Assembly: GCA_964016885.1 (NCBI GenBank)
Contig: OZ024740.1
Coordinates: 369,582,001 to 369,646,000 of the forward strand
Reading direction: 5' to 3'
Length of the DNA stretch: 64,000 bases
Origin: Eledone cirrhosa
Taxonomy: Eukaryota
Below are positions 44,026 through 57,394 of this stretch, in pieces (position 1 is the stretch's first letter; each line of letters starts with the position of its first letter). The notes under the pieces are model-generated. The model was not told where the DNA came from. It saw nothing but the letters and a program-made list of their open reading frames with translations, and searched no databases. The translations under genes and the position numbers were made by a program.

Positions 44026-44271
44026 GAAAATAGAGAAATTAATGTGAGCAAGAAGCCAACAGTAATTCATACATATAAGTGACTATTACGTCAAGATAGA
44101 AAATATTTAACGTAAGATATGGGAAAATAATTCAATCCCAATTCAAAAAAAGTCAAGACCATGATTTTATCCACAGATTTTGTGTAATCCAGGGAAAAAA
44201 ACCAATAGAATCTTAACTCAGAATAAAATTAAGAGTAAATACTTATCCTTTAATTTGGAAAAACCTACAAA

Positions 44272-44354
44272 TGCTCTATATAGTCTTAAAAAGACTATTT
44301 CACGAAACTTTTCAGTGACGTTAGTCACGGTTGGAGTCGTTCATCAGTAGAGCA
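44272..44354 (-). ncRNA. Full-size type I hammerhead ribozyme (family J)
   Basis: tgctcta-CTGATGA-acga[ctccaacc gtgac taac gtcac tgaaaagtt]tcgt-GAAA-tagtctt ttt aagacta-TA-tagagca; 7-bp stem I, 8-bp stem III. Confidence 0.88.
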
Positions 44355-44401
44355 CAAACACGATAACCAAATTTCACTGCTAAAATATGCCAGAAAGGGA
44401 A

Positions 44402-44485
<84 letters not shown>

Positions 44486-44722
44486 ATATTTAATATATTT
44501 AATATATTTAATATATATATATATTTAATATATGTAATATATATATATATATACAATATCAATTATAATACTAGGGCTTTTTGTACACATTGAAAATAAG
44601 CTGTGTTTATAAATCTACAAATACACATGTACGTGCACACATATACTTACACACTCTCTCTCTCTTTCTCTCTTTCTCTCTTTCTCTCTTTCTCTCTCTC
44701 TTTCTCTCTCTCATTCTCTCTC

Positions 44723-44754
<32 letters not shown>

Positions 44755-44997
44755 TTGAGTGAGTGTGATAGACCACTAGTCATTATTGAAAGTCTCTGGA
44801 TTTCGCCAAATACATAATATTTTTTTTATTGGGGGAAGTAAGATACTTTTGCGCAAACATTTGATTGCAATGTTTTGTTTCCACGTATGTAATTTTGGAA
44901 AATGTTATTTATTCATTGTAAAATTATAGGATAGCATTCAAAATGTACCTGGTCCCGCTTCATCTCCTGGCAACCAATATTTGTAGACCCGGCCCGC

Positions 44998-45034
<37 letters not shown>

Positions 45035-45039
<5 letters not shown>

Positions 45040-45404
45040 TAGTCTACGACCTCTTTTATACCATAAACGTGGTTCTGTCTTTGCGCGTAATTGTTTTTCA
45101 CCGCTCCTATTAATGACGTATTATATTCGTTTTTTCCCGTTCTTTGCCAGCGAACGTTTCCACGAACCAAAGTATCGTCTTCATGTCTTCCTCCGGTTGC
45201 AACGTTTTTTGAAATATCCAGTTCTACGTTTACAGATTGACTTTGTTAGTTTCAAAAGATCCCATTAAGGGTGAAAGCAGCGATTCTTTGCTTAAACTTT
45301 AATCTGTTATTTTAATAAATATTTGCTCTACGGTTCTTATATATTTGATATATATTTATCCTTATCGAGCCCTCTTTGGATTTTAGTCATCAATTTATTA
45401 TTAT

Positions 45405-45410
<6 letters not shown>
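45035..45410 (+). mobile_element. Solo pLTR of family E PLE with HHR-like motif at 45248-45298
   Basis: agttt-CAAAAGA-t-ccc attaa ggg-t-GAAA-gca..tgc-TT-aaact; homologous to 57.4-57.6 kb and 58.05-58.2 kb. Confidence 0.75.
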
Positions 45411-45451
<41 letters not shown>

Positions 45452-45458
<7 letters not shown>

Positions 45459-46702
45459 TATATTATATTTTGAGATTAAACTCTCAGTCGTTTACAATTA
45501 ATCAGCTCCAAGAAAGAGGCATTTCCGAGCAGTTAAATACATTAATATATATGATGAACACAAAACGTGTTTGCATTGTAACATACAAAGTTAGCTATCA
45601 ATGAAATAAACTAATTAAAGTGAATATAATTTGTCTGCCTCGATATAAGTCAATAAAGACAAGCTTATATTGGCAAAAGCCGTGATTCCTGGACAAATCT
45701 AAATTTCAAAATCCAAACCCGCTCCGTAGATGAATTTGAACCTCAAAACCTAAATAAGTTTCGCAACGATGGTACATGAATTGAAAAATAAAGAGAATCG
45801 AAATGGAATTGAAATAAAAAGTGAAATTCCCAAATCTTCTGTGCTTATCAACAGGAATCCAGTAAAATTAGTACATTCCACCATCAAAAATGTTGCAGGT
45901 CTGACTACACGTGTGTGTAGCCAGGCCAAAGTAGCCGTCCCGCATTCCCGGTGCTAGAAATAACAGCCGTTTATGCGGGATTAAAGATCAGCTCTACAGT
46001 TAAGGAGCAATATACTATATTATATTTTGAGATTAAACTCTCAGTCGTTTACAATTAATCAGCTCCAAGAAAGAGGCATTTCCGAGCAGTTAAATACATT
46101 AATATATATGATAAACACAAAACATGTTTGCATTGTAACAGACAAAGTTAGCTATCAATGAAATAAACTAATTAAAGGGAATACAATTTGTCTGTCTCGA
46201 TATAAGTCAATACAGACAAGCTTATATTGGCAAAAGCCGTGATTCCTGGACAAATCTAAATTTCAAAATCCAAACCCGCTCCGTAGATGAATTTGAACTT
46301 CGAAACCTAAATATGTTTCGCAACGATGGTACATGAATTGAAAAATAAAGAGAATTGAAATGGAATTGAACTAAAAAGTGAAATATCCAAATCTTCTGTG
46401 CTTATCAACAGGAATCCAGTAAAATTAGTACATTCCACCATCAAAAATTTTGCAGGTCTGACTACACGTGTGTGTAGCCAGGCCAAACTAGCCGTCCCGC
46501 ATTCCCGGTGTTAGAAAAAACAGCCGTTTATGCGGGATTAAAGATCAGCTCTACAGTTAAGGAGCAATATACTATATTATATTTTGAGATTAAACTCTCA
46601 GTCGTTTACAATTAATCAGCTCCAAGAAAGAGGCATTTTCGAGCAGTTAAATACAATGTTACAATGCAAACACGTTTTGTGTTTATCATATATATATTAA
46701 TG

Positions 46703-46705
<3 letters not shown>
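45452..46705. repeat. 557-bp tandem repeat (2 full copies plus a partial) ending in an inverted ~50-bp fold-back, flanked by (TA)n
   Basis: tgagattaaactctc at 45471, 46028 and 46585; 46657-46705 is the reverse complement of unit sequence atacattaatatatatgat..cattgtaaca. Confidence 0.92.
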
Positions 46706-46729
<24 letters not shown>

Positions 46730-46733
<4 letters not shown>

Positions 46734-47541
46734 GTGAGTTTTTTTTTTACAAAATACCAGATTTTTCGAGAAGTAATTTGATTGGTTTGTCAATAATTAT
46801 AATAAATTTTGCGCCAGTTCGCGTTACAATAGTTCTTCAAATAAGAGGGGGGAGTTGTCACAGGTTGTTTTTTTCATATATGAGTGTTTGAATTTCTTTT
46901 TACTTGAAAAAATGAGGCTCACGAAGGCTTTTTTTTGGTTGGTTATAAATGAAATTATGGCTGTCACGTGAACAAATTTTGATTAAATTTGTGTGCCCTT
47001 ATTTGGAAATCCATTCTGTAGCCTTTTAGAGAATTTTTTGATAAGTGAAAGATAATGGTCAAGAGAAAGGGATGGGAGAATTGTTCTGGTTCAGTGAATA
47101 TGGTTAGTTCGCTGGGGTGTCAGAATTCAGATTTTCTATTGAATAAAGAAAGTAAATATATGTGTGTTTATTTGTGTGCTTGTGTGTGTGTGTGCGTGTG
47201 TGTGTGTGTGTGTGTTTGAATTTCTTTACTTTAAAAAAAGGTGGCTCACGAAGGCTTTTTTTTAATAAACGTGATTTTATTGGTTATAAATGAAATTTGG
47301 CTGTCAGGTGAACAAGTTTTCATAACATTTTTGCGCCCTTATTTGGAAAACTATTCTATAGTCTTTATAGCGAATGTTATGACAATGGAAAGATAGTGGT
47401 CAAGAGAAATGGGATTGGGAGAATTGTTCCGGTTCAGTGAATATGATTAGTTCGCTGGGGTGTCAGAGTTCAGATATTCTATTGAAGTGAAGATATGTAT
47501 GTTTATTTTGTGCTTGTGTGTGTGTATGTGTGTGTGTGTGC

Positions 47542-47581
<40 letters not shown>

Positions 47582-50510
47582 GTGTGTATGTGTGTATTGG
47601 AAGATGATTCTATTAGTAGAAATGCGGGAGGGAGTTGTGTGTGTGTGTATATGGGTGTTATGTGTGTGTGTGCGAGTATGTTAAGATGGAGAGAATATAT
47701 ATTTTGTGTGTGTGTATATATATGTGTGTAGGAAAGTGGTTCTATTAGTAGAAATGGGGAGGGAGTTGTGGGTGTGGGGGTTGTTATGTGTGTGTATGGG
47801 TGTTATGTGTGTGGGAGTATGGTTAGCATGTTAAGATGAAGAGAATATATAGATATATATATTGTGTGTGTGTGTATGTGTGTGTGTGTAGGAAAGTGAT
47901 TCCTTTAGTAGGAATATTTTTGAATGAACATATTTTTCTTACTTATTCGTGTTTGCTGTTGTATTGTCAGTGCAAACGTATGTTAAGGTTTATTTAGTTC
48001 GGGTTTTTATTTTCTAAAGTAGAAGGTGTTATGTGTGTGTGTGTATGTCATATTATGGTTTTGACATAATGTATATTAAACCATATTTAATGTTGGTCTA
48101 TATTTTTGAATAAACATATTTTCCTTATTTATTCGCATTTGTTCTGTTGTATTGTTAGCGCAAAGGTAAAATGGGAAGACTTGGAATGTGGGTGTCTTAT
48201 TACTTGCGCAAATGTCTAGATGTGCACTTAGTGGCATCTGTCTCGTGGTTGGATCTCGTAATTGTTGGCGATGAACTGTCATTCTGTTTCTGAGTGTGAG
48301 TTTAGTTTGTCCTATATAATCTTATTGCATCCTTTACATTTAATGGCATAAAGTAGATTTTTTGATGAGCAAGTGAAGTGATTTTTTACAGTAAAATTTT
48401 GTCCTGATTTAAATATATACGTGTTGCTTTCAATGAGGTGAGTGCAGGTTCCACAATTAGAGCGACCACATTTTTTGATACTTGGTTGTGGGTTTGTGGT
48501 AGGTAATTTGGCATTGGTGAGTAATGTTTTCAGTGATTTTGGTTGTCTTTTGCTTTTGATTATTTTGTGTTTCAAGGGCTTTTTTCATTCTTGGGTTTTG
48601 TTTTAGTAGTGGGATGTTATTGTGAATAGTGTTGTAAGCTTCCGCATTTCTTGGGTTGTGTGTTGAGATATATGATAGAATATTGGACGTACCTTAAATT
48701 TGTTTCTGTTTCCGTAATTCATCAATGCCTATTGCTTTAGCCCTTTCTATTCCATTATTTATTAGTAATAGTGGGTACTCTCTCTCGAGTAGAATTTCCT
48801 TTAATTCTTGAAGTCTTTTATTTCGCGTTTCATAATTGGAGACAATTGTGCAAATTCTTCTTGCTAGGTTAAAAGGAATGTTCGTCTTCGTGTGCTTTGG
48901 ATGGTTGGAGGTGAATAGCAGATATTGTTTGGAATCTATTGGTTTCTAGTGTATGTCAGTTTCGATATTTGTGTCTTTTTTTAAGATTAAGATGTCCAGA
49001 AGTGGGAGTTGATCTTGGCTGTATTCCATTGTGGATTGGATGTGGTTATTGATGCCGTTTATTAAGTTTTTGAAATCCTTCAGTTGGTCGAGTGTGTGGG
49101 ACCAAAGAATGAGGCAATCATCCACGTAGCGTTTCCAATTCTCTGATAAATATTTGTGGAAGTTCAATCCGTATTTTGATTTGGACTGTTCATATATCTG
49201 GACTTCTAAGTATGCCATGACTAAGTTGGCATAAGTTGGAGCGGCTTTTGTACCCATCGCAGTCCCCGATATTTGCTTGTAATTATTGCCATCGAAATCA
49301 AAAAAGTTGTTCTGTGGGATGAATTTTAATCCCTCGGTGATGAAGCTTTTTTCTATTCTGTCAGGTATCTCATTGGGATATTTCTCTAGCCAGAATCCTA
49401 TTGCTTCTAGTCCGTATTGGTGTGGGATTCACTACATCGAAAGACACAATAATAGTGTCGTTGTTGACATGTTTGGGGAGGTGGTTTAAGAGGTCCAGAT
49501 CGTCTCTTACAAGACTTGGTATGTGTTTAAGTATTGGTTTCAGTAGTATGTTTATAAAGTTGCTCAATCTGTGTGTTTCACATTGTGGGCTCGCTACAAT
49601 TGGTCTTAATTTAAGGTCTGTAGGGTATTGTGTGTTCACGCAGGGTATTGTGTGTTCTCTTGACCACTATCTTTCCATTGTCATATCATTCCCTATAAAG
49701 ACTACAGAATAGTTTTCCAAGTAAGGGCGCAAAAATGTAATGAAAACTTGATCACGTGACAGCCAAATTTCATTTATAACCAATAAAATCACGTTTATTA
49801 AAAAAAAGCCTTCGTGAGCCACCTTTTTTTAAAGTAAAGAAATTCAAACACACACACACGCACACACACGCACACACAAGCACACAAATAAACACACATA
49901 TCTTTACTTTCTTTATTCAATAGAAAATCTGAATTCTGACACCCCAGCGAACTAACCATATTCACTGAACCAGAACAATTCTCCCATCCCTTTCTCTTGA
50001 CCATTATCTTTCACTTATCAAAAATTCTCTAAAAAGATTCACTTATCAAAAATTCTCTAAAAAGGCTACAGAATGGATTTCCAAATAATGGCACAAAAGT
50101 TTAATCAAAATTTGTTCACGTGACAGCCATAATTTCATTTATAACCAACCAAAAAAAAGCCTTCGTGAACCTCCTTTTTTCAAGTAAAAAGAAATTCAAA
50201 CACTCATATATGAAAAACAACCTGTGACAACCCCCCTCCCCTTCCTCTTATTTGAAGAACTATTGTAACGCGAACTGGCGCAAAATTTATTATAATTATT
50301 GACAAACCAATCAAATTACTTCTCGAAAAACCTGGCATTTTCGAGCCACTTTTTCCATATAAAACAAGTAACATTCAGAGACCAACCAGTTGTGAGAAAA
50401 ACCACAGACCCTCCATATCAACTCACCTGTTGAAAAGCAGAAGAACTGCGAAACCGGTAAAGGAACCAAATAAATATATATATATTTTTTTTAAATAAGA
50501 CTCCAGTTGC
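46730..50510 (-). mobile_element. Penelope-like element (tentatively Neptune-type), 5'-truncated, RT plus GIY-YIG, with inverted pLTRs
   Basis: LRPIVAS, SFDV, MGTKAAPTYANLVM, RYVDD, CGRSNCGTC, NLLYAIKCKGC..YIGQT; 46740-47410 inverted at 49650-50345; degenerate HHR ctgttga..gcag..ctgc-gaaa-ccgg-ta at ~50425-50462. Confidence 0.92.
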
Positions 50511-50530
50511 ATTTTCTATTTCATCTCTTT

Positions 50531-50561
<31 letters not shown>

Positions 50562-50799
50562 ATGTTAATCATTGTAAGTTTGAATCTAACTGACATGCAA
50601 AAACATATATATATGAATAAGGTAAGCCCAAATCATAGGAGATTCAAATATCACAGAGAAATAGAGAGAAGGGGCGGGGAGAAATTGGGTGCAACAGAAA
50701 TGAAACATTGATTACAGGTTGAAATATATTCTAGAATCTAGAGAATATTTATATGAGAAACAAAATGAGGATGTAGTTTATAGAATACTCAAATAATTT

Positions 50800-51255
50800 A
50801 GAATTCGACCTTAAGTAGGAACAATAACATTAAAAAAGGCATAAATGACGCCACATCATTTTGTATTGAACATTTTTTAAAGTAGGTTTATAAGTATGAA
50901 TCCTCAGTAGATTTTCGTAGCTGTGTCAGTGGCCTAGCAGTAGGTACTAGAGACGGTGGAGCTCCTGGTCTTGGATTCAATCCTGGTCGAGAGGTACATG
51001 TTATCTTTTTCAGTTTTTATTTTACAACCCATAGAAAAAATTGAAAAGGTTTACCGGGAACCCTACTCCCTACCAGGATCGAACTTCATACCAGGATCAC
51101 CGCCGTCTACGATTCCTCCAACTAGGCCGTCGAGACACCTACAAAAGTATAATGAAAATTAATGATTATAAACCTACTTGAAAAATCAAAATTAAAAAGA
51201 TGTGGTGTCGTTCATGGGCTTTCCTAGAGCTATTAATCATATTTAGGATCGACCT
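50800..51255. mobile_element. Diverged palindromic (MITE-like) element with a tRNA-like A/B-box head in each arm
   Basis: gacgccacatc..aagtaggtttataa versus ttataaacctactt..gatgtggtgtc; tggcctagcagtagg..ggattcaatcc versus the minus-strand cggcctagttggagg..agttcgatcc. Confidence 0.6.
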
Positions 51256-51853
51256 GTCAATCTTCTGGCTCTTTGGTAATAACCTATTATTCCTATGTGT
51301 ATGTTTAACTGTTGAATTAATTTAATTTGATTATTTTAACACACACACACACATAGTGACGAACTGACCAAGTTACCAGATTGCCCAATGGCAATTGGTC
51401 CCCAGGGGGCCCACGGTAACATTGCAGGGACCACTGTAGTATTTTAGGGGCCAATGCTTAGCTTTCAACAAATACCTGAAGTCTAAGAGAAAGAATAAAA
51501 TTAAAAAACAAATAAATAAAACAATTAAGCAAAGCAGCCAATTTCTCAGGGAATTAATAGAAACCAAAATATATCATTGTGCAAATAGCTGGAATCAGTG
51601 GTTGTACATTCAACTAAATCTAAATCTTAGTGTATTCATTCATGCATGCAAACATACATATGTAGACACACATAAACAAGACTATATATATACTTACACA
51701 TACACATGAACTACTGACTAAATAAAGTTTGGAACCAATGGTTTAAAGACATCTGTCAAATCAATTAGTGGTGATGGTGGTGTGTATATATATACATATA
51801 CATAGACATATACATATACATATATATATGATATGCGTATACACACACACATG

Positions 51854-51884
<31 letters not shown>

Positions 51885-51892
51885 TTATATAC

Positions 51893-52000
<108 letters not shown>

Positions 52001-52145
52001 ATACTTTGGGAGGGTCATGTTGCCAATAAAAAACACACGCACCAGTGGTTTCACTTCAATTTATTATAATACATTTATAAATTTAGGAATTTCCAAATTT
52101 CCGGTTGGTTGGTTGGTTCCACAACCAGATGATTGATTATATATT

Positions 52146-52188
52146 GTCAGAGTTCTTTCGTCACACATTCTGTGACCTCTTCAGTAAC
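52146..52188 (-). ncRNA. Minimal type I hammerhead ribozyme (family B)
   Basis: gtta-CTGAAGA-g-gtcaca gaatg tgtgac-GAAA-gaac-TC-tgac. Confidence 0.8.
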
Positions 52189-52320
52189 TGAGGATTCTTT
52201 TCTTTGTTTTTGTGCCTCTCCTTTTTTCTGTCCTACACCATCTTGTTTTTTCAAGATGGCGTACGACAGAACAAAGGAGAGGCACAGAAACAAAAAAAGA
52301 AACAAAGAAAAGAATCCCCA

Positions 52321-52363
52321 GTCACTGAAGAGGTCACATGATGTGTGACGAAAGTACTTTGAT
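52321..52363 (+). ncRNA. Minimal type I hammerhead ribozyme (family B)
   Basis: gtca-CTGAAGA-g-gtcaca tgatg tgtgac-GAAA-gtac (palindromic)-TT-tgat. Confidence 0.8.
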
Positions 52364-52801
52364 AATATATAAACAATCATCTGGTTATGGAAATTTGTAA
52401 ATTCCTAAATTTATAAATTGATTATAATAAATTGAAGTGAAATCAACTGGTCCGTGTGTTACTTATTGGCAACATGGCCCTCCCAAAGTATAACAATATC
52501 GGTTTCAACACACGTTTTCAGATAAAGAATCTTGCTAAACAAATTCAGAAACGATATATATATATATAAATGTAATCTGAGTTTTTCGAATTTTATAGTA
52601 ATGTCAGTAGAATGAACACTTCATTCTTGATTTTATGTTGGCATGCGAACAGAAATGCAGACACTAATGTTTCTGGGTACCAGACTCTCAGAGCTAGTGA
52701 AAATATATGCTATTTTCAAAAATACAGTGACTGATCGGCCTGATTTGCATATTAGCAGACTGGCTGATCGGTCATATCTGCATATTATATATATATATAT
52801 A

Positions 52802-53985
52802 CTAGCCGAATTATCCGCGCCTTGCTGAGTTTCAGACATTTTTGTATGAAAATTATGATTATTTTAAACCAGTGATATAATTTATGGAGAAAAACTCTAC
52901 ATTTCAATATTACTCAATATAAAATCTAATACTTGAAAAATTGATAAACATTATTTTTTGTAATATATGGTCTGAGTTAAAATTCCGCCGAGGTTAACTT
53001 TGCTTTCATCCTTACAGGGTCGATAAAATAAAGTACCAGTAATACACTGGGTATTTGCTGGCCTTGTGCCAAAAGTAGAAACACTTATTTTTGTAATATC
53101 TCAAATCAAAATTACATTATTAAATCTTATTCCTATTTTGTTTCTTGTAAATAATTGTTTTAAAAATATCAACTCAAAACTTGATAATTTCATTTTTGTG
53201 TAAAGCATTATTTTCAAATTAGGAATTCAAAATTTAATTATATATTTTTTAATATAATAAATACATGAAAATATATTACATAATGTGTCCTAATGAAGAA
53301 CTTCAGGGTAAACACCATTTCTTGTATTTATTTGATTGGCTAAACTGTAGAGATTTTCTGAAGTTCCAGTCCTTGAAACAGCCACATAAAACATGCAATG
53401 GCTGAAACATGGGTATGTAAGATCTATACCAATAGTTTTGAAAGATTGACCTTGACCCTTATTGATGTTCATGGTAAAGCATGTCCTAACTGGGAACTGT
53501 AGCCTCTTAAATTTAAAAGGCAACTCGCTATCACTTGGTATACATGGGATCCTCGGAATGAGAAGAGCTTAACCTTTGTAACCCCCGAATATAATGGTTG
53601 CTTCAATCAAATTCACATGCAATTTTATTACAACACATCTTGTTCCATTTATTGGCCAACATTTTCACTATAGGGGGTTTAACCCCCATTAGGTTGTCTT
53701 AATATTGAAATTTGCTTAAATTTTGTGAATAGCATCATCACTTGTCATTTACCTATGGTTTAAATTTCATATAAATCGAAGAGAAAACATATTCAGCGGG
53801 GTCTGTGCCCCCAGGGAACCATTTTGATCAAAATGAAATATACTTATCCAAGTACCCTGGGCAATTTAGTTTCCGAATATATATGGTTATGGGCGTCGAT
53901 CTCCAAAATCATAGGAAGCGTGAGGGGTTCGTGAACAAATAAACAAACGAACAAACAGACAGGATCTACAACTTTATTCATATAT
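52802..53985 (-). mobile_element. Deleted Helitron retaining the PIF1-helicase C-terminus, with a nested SINE at 52972-53090
   Basis: LIPRIPCIP..LPFKFKRLQFPVRTCFTMNINKGQGQSFKTIGIDL..CFSHCMFYVAVSR; CTAG 3' end at 52802. Confidence 0.85.
53290..53650 (-). pseudogene. Helitron RepHel PIF1 helicase fragment
   Basis: QFPV..F.MxINKxQGQS and YVAVSR helicase motifs. Confidence 0.85.
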
Positions 53986-53997
53986 ATGTATATATAT

Positions 53998-55856
53998 TGA
54001 AGGAATACAGACCCCCTAAAACAATGACTAGGTAAGAAAAATGATCGTGCATGCTTTAGGGGCTAGTATTAAAACTACTCTAAAGGGCCACATATTCAAA
54101 TTCAACGAGAAGATCTACACCCAAAATGAGGGAGCAGCCATTGGCGTCAGCATAGCTGGTGACGTTGCCAACCTTGTTATGGTATGGTGGGAAAGGAGAC
54201 TCAAAGAACTCCTTGATGAGAGCTCCGTAGACCTCATCATGTACTCTCGTTACGTAGACGACATTAATATAGTAATAAGGACACCTCCACAAGCGAGTAG
54301 TAAGAAGTATGATTTAGAATGTAGCAAAATGGAAAACATCCAGCAGATAGCTAATTCCATACACCAGAGTATAACTGTAACTATCGACTACCCTTCAAAA
54401 CACCCTAACATTAGACTACATGTATTAGACACGGAACTCTGGATTAACGCTATAGACGAGGGGCCCAAATTCTCCACTCACACTACGCTAAACCCATGGC
54501 CTCCAAATACCTGATACTAAAAACCTCAGCAATGTCCAGTAGTGCTAAGTTTAATATCTGATGGCAGACTTGGTACGAGTGATGAAGAACTTGTCCCGCA
54601 TGTGCGATCCAACAGAAATGGAAAGACACATCCAACACTTCATCAACCGCATGCAGTTCTCTGGCTACAACCAAAGAGACAGAATTAGAGTATACGAAGG
54701 AGCCACGGAGAAGTATAGGACCCTCATAGAACTGGACATGAAAGGAATTTGCCCATTATGCAGGAGCAAATCATCGAATAGCTTAGATAGGACTAAACAT
54801 AAGATAGGGAAAGCTACTTCATGGTAGGACAACCAGAGATACCAGAGTTTCATGTTCGTGGACGGCACCCCTGGAGGCATATTAGCTACCCAGTGTAGAA
54901 AGGCCCTGAGAAAGATCCACTTAAAGATTAAGGTGGTAGAAAAGCCAGGAACTATCATCCCTGATCAGCAAAATATACCCCTTTAAGAAAACCCACTGTT
55001 CTAACAGGAAATGTATTATATGTAATGTAAACCCTCGGATAAACTGTAAAAGTAGAAACATAGCCTATAGCATAAGATGTACAGAGGGTACATGCAGAAA
55101 CATGACAACAACATACATAGGCAAGACAGCTCGTAGCATACATAGGTGAAAGGATACACCAACACCGGGGGGGGGGGGTAAAAGTACGAAAAAACGGTTC
55201 AGTACTATACAAACACGCCAGACAACAACATAGAAATTAAAATATTATCTAAACATAGAAATGACCCAGCAGCTAGGCAAATCAGAGAGTCAAGTGAAAT
55301 AGAACTTAATGCTAAACAGAAAAAAATGATGGAATAACAACAACACGCAAACAAACAATACTGACTTAAGAGAAATATAAACAAATAAATAAATAAATAG
55401 ATGTATATACAAAAGCACAATCACAACAAACACATATAAGCACACACTAGTAAACTAAGATAGAATACAATAACCAAAACACAGTCACCCAAACGCGAAC
55501 ACACACCAACACTATATACACACGCAAACGCATGGACAAAGAAGAAGACAAAAATAAATAAATAAATAAATGAACAGATTAAATAAAGATTGCGTAAATA
55601 TACAATACAACAGGAGGAACATAATAGCACCACTGACGATGTTGCAGATGTGCAACGAAAGAACTTTGTTATGTGTTTATATCTATATCATATCTGTACT
55701 TTTGACGGTTGGTCAGTCAATGGTAAATATTGAGGACCATATGAATTAACTGATATAAAAGATGTAGAAGCCAAAACCAACCAAACAGTGAGTGTGTTCT
55801 GTTATTAATACTGGCAATATTATTATAACAATATGATTCTCCCCAAGTATAACGAT
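53998..55856 (+). mobile_element. Penelope-like element (tentatively Nematis-type), 5'-truncated RT plus degenerate GIY-YIG plus pLTR
   Basis: FKFNEKIYTQNEGAAIGVSIAGDVANL, YSRYVDD, VLDTELW, FVDGTPGG, YIGKTAR; HHR in the 3' region. Confidence 0.88.
55630..55670 (+). ncRNA. Minimal hammerhead ribozyme in a PLE pLTR
   Basis: ca-CTGACGA-t-gttgca gatg tgcaac-GAAA-gaac-TT-tg. Confidence 0.72.
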
Positions 55857-55912
55857 ATATATATATATATTTATTATTATTATATAAGAAACCATTATTA
55901 CTATATATATAT

Positions 55913-56100
55913 AAGGTGGATTGGCAGTATCGGTAGAGAGTCGGACGCCATGCTTTCCAGTATAGTTACGTCCCTTTAATGTCTGAGTTCAAATCAAGCC
56001 GAGGTTAACTTTGCCTTTCATCCTTACGGGGTCGATAAAATAAAGTACCAGTAATATACTGGTATTTGCTGGCCTTGTGCCAAAAGTAGAAACAATTATT
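55913..56100 (+). mobile_element. tRNA-derived SINE
   Basis: Match to the window consensus. Confidence 0.9.
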
Positions 56101-56254
56101 ACTACATATATATATATATACAACGTCAATTGGATCCTTTTGGATGCTGTACAAGTTGAAAGCATGTTATGTATACTTATATATAAATCTATATATACAC
56201 CTGTAGATACACACATATAACACGCACTCACACACACATGCACACACACACATG

Positions 56255-56285
<31 letters not shown>

Positions 56286-56638
56286 AGTGAATGATTTTCG
56301 GAAAAATACATTTTATTTGAGAAGGTAAGATATTTTTGCACAACAATGTAATTGCACTCTTTTGTTTCCACTCATGTATTTTTTGAAAATGTTATTTATT
56401 CACTATAAAAAGGTTTAGTGACTGCTCTGCTCGGAAGTTTCTTGTGCAGCTGTTAAACGCTGCGGGTGAAAGTGGCTTGAAGTGGCGCCAGGTGAGAGTA
56501 GGATCACCTGACTCAACCAAGATATCAAGGAGAAAAAACGAGTAAAAATCAGGCTTACAAACTCTGGTGTTCCAGTCCTTTATCTCTCTCACCGAATCAC
56601 CCGAGGTGGGACTTATTTATATCGGAATCGTAAAACCC

Positions 56639-56766
56639 TCCTGCTGATTTCTAAAGAATGAAACAGTTCTAGTCCTGTAGAATCTCATCTATATTAAAAC
56701 GTTTATACTCTGCTATGTATTGAGTACCTTACTTACTGTGGTTACCTCTATTCAACCCGGAATAAC

Positions 56767-56768
<2 letters not shown>
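56639..56768 (+). mobile_element. pLTR fragment of family L with a mutated HHR (CTGCTGA core)
   Basis: Reverse complement of 61916-62047. Confidence 0.8.
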
Positions 56769-56863
<95 letters not shown>

Positions 56864-57070
56864 AAATATTAATAAAGTTTTGAAGATCCACCTAATGCGT
56901 CACGTTTGCATGTAAATATACATGCACTATTGACGTATACGGAAAACAATATTATTTTATACAAAATACATTATACTTTTCTTTTACGTATATGTTTTCA
57001 CCAATAGTCATGATTATCTAATTTGTTTTTGCACTAACCGATTTAGCTCATAGTCCTTATTCAAAAGATT

Positions 57071-57263
57071 AATTGTTTCTACTTTTTGACACAATGCCAG
57101 CAATTACCCAGTGTATTACTAGTACTTTATTTCATCGACCCCATAAGGATGAAAGGCAAAGTTAACCTCGGTGGGATTTGAACTCAGAATGGCAAGGGCC
57201 GAAACTCTATGCGTCAAAGCATGGCGTCCGACCCTCTACCGATACTGCCAATCCACCGCCCTT
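57071..57263 (-). mobile_element. tRNA-derived SINE with TSD
   Basis: Flanked by ttattcaaaagattaat. Confidence 0.9.
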
Positions 57264-57394
57264 ATTCAAAAGATTAATGATAGGTATTGGTAGCAATATA
57301 TATACCTTTTATTCCCACAGATTTCTATAGGCCGAGTTGAGTTATTTTATTTCCCCAATGGACTCGTCTCTATATATATATGTGTGTGTGTATG

